Below, in pieces: positions 10,601 through 24,553 of a DNA stretch of 64,000 nucleotides; the first letter of the stretch is position 1, and each line of letters starts with the position of its first letter. Both the position numbers and the translations under genes were made by a program. The notes beneath the pieces are model-generated. The model did not search any database. It was not told where the DNA came from and saw only the letters and a program-made list of their open reading frames with translations. Source of the DNA: Guillardia theta CCMP2712 (Eukaryota; Protista; Cryptophyta). Location: assembly GCF_000315625.1 (NCBI RefSeq), contig NW_005434617.1:89734-153733 (forward strand). The letters run 5' to 3'.

Positions 10601-13600
10601 TGACTTGCGGATACACTGCTTGCGGTTCCCGAGGCTGACTACGTCCGTGAAGCCCTGCCCGAAGATCTCTCCCTTCATGTACGCCACCGAAGTCGTGATC
10701 GGAAGGCCGTCCGGCGCCTTGTCCAGCTGCACATTCTCCCGCAGCACCACAGTGCCGTCTGCAAAGTCGTACAGCCTCACCTCCTCGATGCTGCGCACAA
10801 TCTTGCTGGCCCGCCCATCGACGGAGTCTACGGGCCGGATGACGGCAGTCTCTCCGTCATGCAGCCCGAGCTCCTCGAAGGCTGAGACCAGCTCCTCGGA
10901 GTTCTCGCACACGAACCCCCGGATCACTCTGCACTTCTTGCCCAGCAGGGACTCCACCAGCGATGGCGAGGTTGGGGACGAGATCGAACGGAAGATCGCC
11001 TTCTTGTCTCCAAACTTGCTGATCCATTCCGGATGCTCCCCAAACACCTTTAGGTTGCTGTTGTCGATGTTGTTTGCCCATCGCTGGAAGTTGTCGGTCA
11101 CGGTCATGGGAACAAGGATGAATTGCTGGTCCGACTGGTTGCTCACGGTGTTCTTGATCCGATCGATCACGCCCTGATCAATCTCGTCGTCCAAGCACAG
11201 ACTCGACGGATTTCCCGCAGTCCAGATGACCTGCCCGTCTTCGAGCTTGAGAATTTCCTTGCAGAACTCAAAGTAGTCATGAGCCCCCTCGTGATCGCCC
11301 TGGAGGACAATGAGGTCTAGTCCCGGACGCAGCAGGCAAGTAGGGCGGAGCGAGCACTCGTAGCGAGTCTGCGGCCGTCGGATCTCAGGGATGGAGCTGG
11401 TGACCCAGATACGACGGGCTGCCTTGCGCATTATGTCAGCCTTCTTGAAGAAGGATGGCTTCGGGACGATGAGGTCGATCGGAATCCTCGCATTCTTGTC
11501 GAACTTGGAGATGAGGGCGTCTCCCTGCTTGTACAAGGCCTCCGCTTCTTCGTTTGTGTCCCCAAAGGCAACGTACAGGCCTGAAAGACCTCGGAGGAAC
11601 AGGAGAGGGAAGATGCCCCTCGTGGACTTGCCGGGAATGAAAGCGATGCCGTTGGAGACCAACCTGCTCCAGAAGGCGTACACGTCAAAGTCAAGGGCCG
11701 GTGCTGTCTTCCAGCAGTAGAACGAGCTGTCAGGCGCATAGCGAGCCTGAAACAGCTTCGGGAAATGAGCGCCATTGAATCGCCCTGTGTTGATGTCGGA
11801 AAGGACGGGAAGGCCGTTGACTGAAAGGAAATCGACGCCTCCTGGTCCCCTCGGCTTGGTCGCCTGGATGACGTTTTGCATGTATCGATTGGCTGTCTTC
11901 TGGAAGACCTTGGTTGCCCCTGACTTTCTCCATCCCATGTAGCTTGTTCCCACCATGATCTGATCCACTAACCCCTTGCCGATGAGTACCCCCTCGTTGT
12001 AGTGCATGGCGGGGGACAAGACAAGACCGTCCGGCGCCTTGTCAAGGTCGAGGAACTCCTCCAAGCAAACATCGCCCATGGGAAAGTCGTACATCTTGAG
12101 CTGCTCGAGCTCGCTGCAAAAGATGATTCCTTCTCCAGCCGCCCCGAACACCGGCTTGATCACAACCTCCTTGCAGTCCAGCAGCTTGTAGGCCTCCACC
12201 AAGTCGTCCACTGTGGAGCAGCCGTATCCTCGTGCAACCCGGATGTTGGGGTCGATCTCCTCGATGATGGAAGGAGTGTCAAGGCTGCGTACATGGCGGT
12301 GCAAGATGCCCTTCGATCCAAACTTCTGCACCCACTCCAGGTCCTCCCCGAAGACGGAAACATCGAGATCAGCAAGCTGACATGCCCACCGCTGGAAGTT
12401 GGACGTAACCATGTAGGGGACAAGGGTCCACGAGTTCCCCGACGACTGTATGATGCTTCTCAGCCTTGACAGGATCGTCTCGTTGATGTCGTCATCCAGA
12501 CAGTAGGAATCTCCGGACGAGAAGATAACCTGGTCTTCTCCGAGGTCCAACACATCCTTCATGAAACTCCAGAACTCCCTGGTGGGCTCGTGTCCTCCAG
12601 GCAAGACGATGACATCCACACCTGGTCGCAGCAATCCGATGCACCTGTTGGGAAGGTTGTACCTCTGGGTCACGAGCTTGTACTCTGGCCTGGGACTTTG
12701 GATCCAAAGCTGCCGGCGATTCTCACTGAGAGCAACAGACTCAATCTTGTTGCTGAGGTCTACCAGACGCATAACATGCTCGGCCTGCGATCGCAGGAGA
12801 GAGACATCTGCGTCATCGACTCCGATGCTGATCAGAGTTGCTGTTGTGTTCTTCAAGAATAGGAGCGGGAATACCCCACGCTTTGACTTGCCCGGCATGA
12901 AAGCAATGTTGCGATCACACAGTCTTGTCCACAATCTGCAAGCAGAGAGGATTAGGAAGAAACAACTTTCATTGCTTGCATTACGTCCAAACGTCCATTC
13001 CCGGATGCGGATAGAAGTTCCACGAGCAGAACCGAGCGTCCTTCGCGTACATCTCATGGAACAACTTGGTGAAGTGCTCCATGCACAGGGTGCCGGCATG
13101 AGCATCTGTCAAGTACGGCTTGCCATCGACTGAGGTGAAGGCAAAAGCTCCCATCCCCGACGGCGCAATCGCTTCCACGAGTCGGCTTGAATGTTGTCTG
13201 CACACCAGGTCAATTGGATCAACGCCCACACAAAGTTGCATGCTTTACGATATCTTGTCCATAAACTCTTGTGTTGCAGTGCAAGAGCGTAAGCCATAAG
13301 TCATTGAACCCATGATAATCCGTTCGCAGGGACGCCCGTCCAACAGGTCGTTCTGCATGTACTGTACTGTTGGGCTGACGTGCATCCCGTCTGGCGACCT
13401 GTCCACTTGTAGATATTCTTGGAGAATGACATCACCGTATGGGAAGTCATAAAACCTACACAAAAAACTATCGTCACCCTCTCTGCTACCAATATCAAGA
13501 TGATCCTTTCCTCAGCTCCTCGGCACTGGATGGGGACAGCATTCCTTGGCCACTGCTCAGGATAGGCTTGATCACAACTTGCACGTTTGGATCTCCGTCA

Positions 13601-14440
13601 GTCAACAGTCGAAATGCAACCTTTAGGAGTGTTAGGTCACAGCCTCGTCAAGAAGGCAAGCTCACAAGCAACTGCTTGTCATCGGAACAAGTGAAGCCCC
13701 TCGGGACGGTGATGTCTAGCCCCAGTTCTTCGATGATCGATAGTTTGTCGAGGTCAGAAACCTGATCCAACGCAATGACTTGCATGAAACAGAAGAGATC
13801 AACTTAGAGACAACTCACGTGTCGGTGTATCACTCCCCGATTTCCAAATCTTGACATCCATTCTTTGCTCTCTCCGACGATTTTGATGTTTTTCGTCCCC
13901 AGCTGTCTCTTCAGGACCACCTCCAGGTCTCTCAATCTGGACGTTATAGAGAATGGAATGAGCAGCCATTCCTCATCTTGGCTCTTGGAGGCAAAGGAGA
14001 GGACTCTGTCCTTCACGCTGTCTGTAAAATTTCCAAGGGACTCGTTGAACGATCGCTGCTGATCGTCAGTGTATACAATCTGCTCGTCCTTGAGCGTCAG
14101 CACTTCCTTACAGAACTGATTCCAGCATCAAATGCTGCCACAAGACCAAACAGCAACATGTACCTCTGCAAACTCCCGTGTGCTCTCGTGTCCTCCAGGG
14201 ATGACAGCGATGTCCTTGTTGCTCCTTAGCAGCGGGATACACCTGAGCGATGTTGTGAGCAACTCTCTTGACATCGTCTCTGCATTCTTGGATCAATGAT
14301 ATCTACCTTGCTGGGAGCTCATCGAACTCTGCCTCAAAATGCTCTTGGTTCGACACGAGGCACCAAATGCGGAAGACATCTTGGTTGCTCCTGGCGGCTT
14401 TCCTCCCCCGTGTTGGTGTCGTAGGCGTTTGTCCCACCAT
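6962..14440 (-). CDS. Giant fusion protein: four tandem pre-ATP-grasp/ATP-grasp modules plus C-terminal isoaspartyl dipeptidase (IadA-type amidohydrolase)
   Basis: Four ~430-aa repeats begin R(I/L)W...(L/V)R(P/S)xxD(V/I/L)xx(L/I)xGxH/Y at about 14375, 12718, 11420 and 10126. Each carries KFG(S/D)K or RFGNR, RG(F/Y)xC, I(K/R)P, YDF, DKAPDG or DRSPDG, and G(V/I)FP motifs. Exon 8896-8574 joins the end of repeat 4 to FKLTLIKNAEAIFAPE. Downstream exons read GLTTVVGVLGTD, TGAY, AISDHR, RVGGLLSGKAG..HMG, LPTHMER, SSDSYGSLP and KGEISVGSDAD, all matching E. coli IadA motifs. The start could lie one exon further upstream. Confidence 0.88.
7600..7715 (+). repeat. (GCAGGA/GCAGGG)n intronic hexamer repeat
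   Basis: Direct inspection. It lies inside an intron of the IadA domain. Confidence 0.9.
8323..8422. other. Assembly gap (100 N) inside the IadA domain
   Basis: N run. Other gaps lie at 5264-5363, 22236-22890 and 55542-55725. Confidence 0.99.
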
Positions 14441-15009
14441 GTCCTTGGCACTGGCCTGTAAGATATGTGTGTGAAGAAGAGAATCGAACATGCAGAGGAA
14501 AACAAGCTGTCTGTTCGCGATAAATATGATTGAAACTTGTTGAGATGTAATTGGTGAAGAATACGAGAGGCAGGTAAAGGATACTTTCATAATCAGAAAA
14601 TGAAATATGTTTTTCCCTGGTAATGTTGTAATTTGAAGAATTTAGGTGCTTTGTTAGAGAGAAAAAGATGGCTCGCGAGGTTATACAGGACAAAATCGCA
14701 GTGCAAGGAGAAATCAGGATCCATGCATCATGTAAACTACAGGCGGTTTCACCTGGACCTAATTGTATCAGACCCTCTGCGCTACAACAATGGATTCATC
14801 TATATTTCCTATTCAGTAGCATTGTCATGTTGAGATATGCTCGTAACCTTACATTGCGAATCAACTTCGCCATGCCGAATGCAAGACTTGCATGTCTCTT
14901 AGCAACACTCACGAACCCCTCAATATCCCGAGTTTCTCCATGCTTCTTACCCCGCCTCCCGTTCTTTGTCGTCTCTGTCTTCCTCCCCTTCTCTTGTGCT
15001 TTGCTCTTC

Positions 15010-15067
15010 TTCCCCTTCCCCTTCCCCTTCCCCTTCCCCTTCCCCTTCCCCTTCCCCTTCCCCTTCC
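15010..15067 (+). repeat. (CCCCTT)n microsatellite
   Basis: Direct inspection. Confidence 0.9.
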
Positions 15068-15982
15068 TCCCTTCCCATCTCTCCTTCCTATCTTGTGCAG
15101 CATCGTGCCCTGTTCCGCCCAAACTTGTCACCCTACCCTCTACCCACCCTTGAGTTGCTGTCACCCACCTTGAATACTACCTACCCTGACAATGGTAAAC
15201 CTCAATCGTGGAATTGTAGGGGTACTTTAGGATTTAATAGCTACCCTACCCCACCTTTAAATCTGCCCACCCTAGGTCGAAAACACCAATTTCCCTCTTG
15301 CACCCCACTATCCACCCAAACACCACCCACCCACCGAATCACAGACGAAAGTTAGGACCCCATGCATCTTGCTTCCACCCTACCCTGCTGGACTGCATTC
15401 AACTACCCATTTCTACACATAATAAATACCCTACCCCTTGCACCTGTACCCTACCCTCCCCAACAAATTCACCAATCAAGTCTACATCCCGCCAACAAAG
15501 GACTGCATACCCCCTCAATAAAGAACCCCTAACTCTAATTTCCCACAATCGGAGGATCATACGCTCAGTACCCCAATTTTATCTTCTAAGTACCCACCAT
15601 TTTCATATTCTCTGTCTGCACACCATGTTACTACCCTACTCACAAGTACCCCCACCATCAGTTCTGGCTTCTCCATATTCCCCCAAGAAGGTGAGGGAAC
15701 GCAGTGATAATGTATAAGGTCAAAATGCTGTATGAGCGATACATGATGAATTTATAAGAGATACACTGAGTCCAGCGCACTGCCGGGGATCCGGCGGCCC
15801 GCCGGGCCCGAGTGAAAGGTTTGAGCTCTGAGGCGAACCTTGGTAAAGTCCCGTCTCTCCAGCCGCTGTCCTGGGAATGCTTTTCAATGTCTGCGTCAAT
15901 ATTTAAAATTTTCATATGAATATTTCAAATTATGTTTCAAAATTTCGTGCAGAGAGGACCGAAAAGAATTTCCCGCCCAGGC

Positions 15983-17035
15983 ATGGCAGCTGCTTTTCAC
16001 TACATGGACGAGCCGCCCAATGGCTCTGACGCCCATGAGACCTCTGCCTCCATCCCTGACTCCTCTTCCCTACCGCATCGCCTGCCAGACTCTCAGTCAA
16101 GCATTCGGATGAACTTCAAGGGGCAGCCAGGGCAGGACGGGTTCAACAGAAGGGTGAAGTTAGTCCAGGCTATGATGCAGTTGCCGCCAGAGAAAATCTT
16201 CGCAACGAAGGAAAAGAGTAGCATGTACAAAGAGATCACAGATCTTCTCAACCGAGACCCAGCCTTCGCGGGGGGGCTGAAGCAGGGTACGACCCGAGAC
16301 AAGTGGCTAGAGGTCATCTCCACAGTGGACTCGATCATAGCAAATGGGTCAGAGGACAAGTACATCAAGTCGGCAAGCAGTGGGAAGGGTGGTCTGAATG
16401 AGCTAGATGAGCTCTACCTTAGACTTGCCAGGGAGAAGTCCGAGTGGTTGAGAAATCATGATCGAAGTAGGGAAGGGGCCGCGGGCGATGACATACCCCA
16501 GCGCGGGCGGAGGAGTGTGGGGAATGCAGTTCAAAATCAGCCTGATGCATGCAACGTCCACGAGGCTGCAGACGAGCGAATGGAGAAGTCAAGAGCGTCG
16601 TACGCGCACTCCGAGCATTCCGAGGATGGTGGGGGAAGCAGCGACGAGAATGGAGGGGGTTGTCAGGGTAGGAGCTCCTCCCATCCAAACCAGCAGACAG
16701 CCAGGGAGTCAAACAAGCGGCAGAGGGTAGATACGGACAGAAAGGCTGATCGCAATCGTCCAGCGATCGGATCAGCAAACTCGAACTTCAGTGCCGTGTT
16801 GGAATGGCTCCGCAGTTCAGACGAGAAATACCACCAGTCGTTGGAAGCAGATAGGGAGGTGGCGAAGATCAAGGCAGAGGCTGAGCTGCAGCACGAGAAA
16901 GCCAAGGTTCTCAAGCGGGAAGCAGAGGTTCTTGCGAAGAAGACTGAGTCGTACGAGCGAGGGATCGAGCTGCTCAAGTTGTTGGCATCATGTCATGAGA
17001 AGGGTATAACGGTGCCCCCACACATGCTTGTGTAG
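15983..17035 (+). CDS. Intronless protein with probable Myb/SANT-like (trihelix-type) N-terminal region and C-terminal coiled coil
   Basis: ATG at 15983 within ORF 15932-17035. It contains KSSMYKEITDLLN...TTRDKWLEVI...ASSG...ELDELYLRL and a heptad-rich tail (EADREVAKIKAEAELQHEKAKVLKREAE). Confidence 0.6.
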   Translation: MAAAFHYMDEPPNGSDAHETSASIPDSSSLPHRLPDSQSSIRMNFKGQPGQDGFNRRVKLVQAMMQLPPEKIFATKEKSSMYKEITDLLNRDPAFAGGLKQGTTRDKWLEVISTVDSIIANGSEDKYIKSASSGKGGLNELDELYLRLAREKSEWLRNHDRSREGAAGDDIPQRGRRSVGNAVQNQPDACNVHEAADERMEKSRASYAHSEHSEDGGGSSDENGGGCQGRSSSHPNQQTARESNKRQRVDTDRKADRNRPAIGSANSNFSAVLEWLRSSDEKYHQSLEADREVAKIKAEAELQHEKAKVLKREAEVLAKKTESYERGIELLKLLASCHEKGITVPPHMLV

Positions 17036-17301
17036 AGGAGAACAGAATCACTTGGCGTCTGTGTGTTTTTTGTTCCACATCCGAACTTGTGAGATGACAT
17101 ATATCTGCTTATCGACGGCTCGCGTGTGATAAGGCTACTTGTATGCATTCCACAGGGTGATAGGGATTTTGTGTGTAAATGAGGAGTTGAGGTCGAGACG
17201 TGAACAAGTCCAGTAGGAGAATTCAAACTCAAGTCGTTGCAGTTTTTGAAACACTATCTTTGAACAGCTCAAAAGGCTGCGAACCGAATACAAGCGAAGT
17301 C

Positions 17302-19515
17302 TTACTTCTCGGTCTTGATTGTGAAGTATGAACTGATGGTCTTTTGCGGCTTCGCAACCTCCTTGGATGGACTCACCAATCGCCCTTCTTTGCTCTGTCG
17401 CTTTTCTTTCTTGACAGCGTCCTTGTCCTCCTTCCTATCTCTTCCTCCTCCCGGTCGTGCAGAAGTGACGGTTGTCAAGTCGATGACTTCCATCGCCTCG
17501 GCCGCCTCATCGTCCGCTCGCCTCGTCCGCTTCTGCATCGGAGAGGCAATCGGGCTCGTGGAAACCCGATGCTCGCCGCCTTGCACGCTTCCTACCTCCT
17601 GCTTGACACTTGTGGAGTGACTACCTTCTGTCTTGGCCTTCAGAGTCTCCCTCGACTCGTTCGCGATCTCCCTCTTGATAATGTCCAGCGGTTTATCTTC
17701 ATCCCCCTCCTCCTTGCCGACATTCTGCCATGGCCTCTTCTTCGTCTCCTCCTTCACTTCTACCTTGCATGTGCCTGTTGAGCGGTGGCATCAGATCAAA
17801 CTCCTGCCGATGTTCTCTCCCTACCTTCTCCTTTGACCGGACTTTTGAAGTATGATGCTATCCCACTCGCCCTCTGCGCATGGTTATCATAAAACTCGCT
17901 TTTCGAGCGTCACTCTCGACCTGTTTCTCTTTGAACGACGAGAGGGGCAACAAGCACTCGGGGACATTGTTCTTCACATTGTTCACAATGTCCGCGACCT
18001 GCCATCCGTCACAATCCTCCGCATGCTCCATGCACATTCACGATAACCTCGTAGTACTTGAGCTCTTTGCTGTAGGGCGGATGATGGCCTGTACGCTTCA
18101 CAGCACCTCAACGAGATGGCAGGAGGGGTCTGGTAAGTCTTCACCTCTCGAACGTGTTCGCCTCAGCGTCTAGCCAAGCTTCGATCTGGTCGCCCTCTAA
18201 GATCGCCGGCATTCTGTCATGCAGCCAAGACTGGAGCGCACGAATTAGTAAGGGAGGAAGGGATAGCGAGGGAGGCAGAGCAGGTGAGGGTGAGGAGAAA
18301 GAGGCAAGAACACATGGAACACAGGGCAAGTCAAGCTGACCATCTTGTTGCTCGACTCAGTCGTGATGATCGTGCACGAGGTGATCTTCGTCTCTTTCTC
18401 TCCATCCTCAGGCTGCACAAGGCTTATCGCCTTGAGGCACATCAACCCGGTTACCTTCTCTCCCTCCCAGACGTCGTACAACCCCGCAAGACACAATGGC
18501 TTCCCGTCGGCTCTCCTGCTCGGGCTGTCAGCCATGATCGATCCGACAAGCAATCTCTCACTGTATGAAGAACGGTCTCTTCTGCGACTTCGCCGACTTG
18601 TCTTGATCCAGCGGCGAACGAAGTCCAGGAGCCAACCATTCGTAGAAGCCGTCAATGACCTGACTCATGATCCCCATCAAAGCAGGTGACACGGAGGGCT
18701 GGCAGCGCACCACAACACAGCGCCTCTTGTTGAGCAGCCGCTTGTGCACGCGCACAAGGTTATCAGACCTGGAGCAAGGGGAGGTTACCCCTCCAGCGCC
18801 ATGGCTGACCGCTAACCTCGCGTTGATCATGGCATAACCTGCCCTCATGGCCTCCCAGGCCGACGATGCTCTCGTGTACGACGGAACTAGCCCCCATCTC
18901 ATGGACTGGATGACATATCCTGCTCCCTCCTCCTTCACGTCGCAGTCGCAGGAGTCCTTGACCAGGACCGGGAGGAAGTGGCCGGGGCCGCAATTGTACC
19001 TCTGCAGGTTCTGAGGGGAGGGGAGTCAGCGAGGCGGCTGAAGAAGGGTCATCACAGTGAAGATGATGTGAACGACCTTGAACATGATCATGCTCGTCAG
19101 GTGCGAATCATATACAGGCAGCGATGGCGGCCCCTTGCAACACACACGCCCACACCCGAGCGCACTTGGGGCGATGAGGAGGGCCAGGAAGGGCAGGTGG
19201 GAGCAGCTCGGAGGCATTCAAGGATGCACAATGGTAGAAAGAGCACATGCGAGCGAGGATGGGAGCACGAGCATGGAGGTATAGGGAGGAAGGAGGCGTG
19301 TTTTACAGGGGAAATTGAGGGCAACAGCTGCGATCGAGCAGGGAGAGCAAACACAAGAATGAGGAGAGGACCAGGGACAGAAGGAGGAGGGAGAAGAGGA
19401 GGAGGGAGGATCAGACCTCCTTGCCCATGAACTTCTTCGCTCTCGTCGCCTTCATGACCTCCTCCTCCCCGAAGACGCTCATGCATGACGATCGCCCGCA
19501 CCCTCCCCCGCCCAT
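17302..19515 (-). CDS. HMCES: SRAP-domain abasic-site processing protein (HMCES/YedK family)
   Basis: Spliced exons give CGR, RYNCGPGHFLPV, MRWGLVPSY, INARS, RCVV/IDGFYEW, LAGLYDVW, SCTIITTES, WLHDRMPAIL and VNNVKNNVPECLLP. A charged tail ends PQKTISSYF. Confidence 0.88.
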
Positions 19516-19603
19516 CCCGACTACCGCAGGTTACCCCATCCCCGCTCAGGCCCTTTACTTTCCATGGCGATCATATGAGCTCAGCGGGACTTATCGGGCG
19601 AGG

Positions 19604-23420
<3,817 letters not shown>

Positions 23421-24553
23421 AGGGAGGAGGAGGAGCGAGAAGGAGAGAGGGAGGAGGGAGGAGCGAGAAGGAGAGAGGGAGGAGCGAGGAGCGAGAAGGA
23501 GAGAGGGAGGGAGGAGGAGCGAGCGGGAGAAAGGATAGAGAAGAAGCTGAGACAACGATGGGAGGGCGCAGGAACGACTCGACAAGGGGTCAACATGGGA
23601 AATGCCTCCACAAGACATGTCGTTTCCTTCAATCAATCCTCTGGAGCATACCAAGGATCCTCCTCCCTCCCCTTGCGATGAAATAGCGGCAACGTGGCTC
23701 ACGGCCTGTTCGACATGCTGCAGACAGGCCCTGCCATGGCGCTCAACGTTCGACTGCGCTGGTCCGAAGCAACGACTCTACTCTCCTCTGAAATTCTGCT
23801 CCAGTCTTCTATGACTGTAAATGACTTTCACGATATGTCAATCACCTCCTCGTTTCCTCCCTCTCTCCCCTCCCCTCCTCCCCCTCCTCCTCTTCCCCCT
23901 CCCTCTCTCCCCTCCCCTCCTCCTCTTCTCCCTCCCTCCCCTCCCCTCCTCCTCTTTTCCCTTCCTCTCTCCCTCCCCCTCTCCGCCCATCTCCCCCCGC
24001 CCTCCTCCATCCGCCATCTCTCCGCCACCACAAAGTTTGCCGGTGGTTGCTGCCATTTCTTCGCACGTCTCGACTTGATAGGACCTCCGTTGCTGTCCTC
24101 CATTCTCCCGAGTTGAGCTTTCATTTTACGCCTCCCCCTGCCCCCTGCTCACACCTCCTTTTAAACTCCTCCACATCCACCACCACGACCTCCTCCTCCA
24201 CATCCACCACCACGACCTCCTCCTCCACATCCACCACCACCACCACCACCACCACCTCCTCCTCCTGCTGCTGCTGCTGCTGCTCCTCCTCCTCCTTCTC
24301 CTCCTCCTGCTCATCCTCCTGCTCCTCCTCCTCCTCAACCTCAACCTCCTCCTCCTCCTCCTCTGTTGTGAACCAACCTGCAAGAATATTTCTGCACCCT
24401 CGCATGCTTGCAAGCTACTATATTCCCTCATCCTTCTTCTAAGATTTTACCTCGTCTCCGCGCTCTCAACTGCGCATCCCTTCCTTGATCTCCGCCGCCA
24501 CCACCACCACCTCATCCTCCTCCTCCTCCTCCTGTCCTCAACTGCAGTAACCG

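Noticed and set aside
12936-13105. N-terminus of the 1345-aa ORF taken as the protein start
   Set aside because: It is off-frame and intronic sequence. The real frame (ORF 12981-13241) splices in at 12935 and the gene continues to ~14440.
6962-14440. Calling the fusion a cyanophycin synthetase (CphA1) or an NRPS
   Set aside because: No Mur-ligase domain and no adenylation, thiolation or condensation motifs are visible. The cyanophycin link is only an analogy.
19120-19160. Second CGRVCC motif as the SRAP N-terminus
   Set aside because: It has no Met directly in front, runs to a stop, and lies within the intron defined by 19416-19011.
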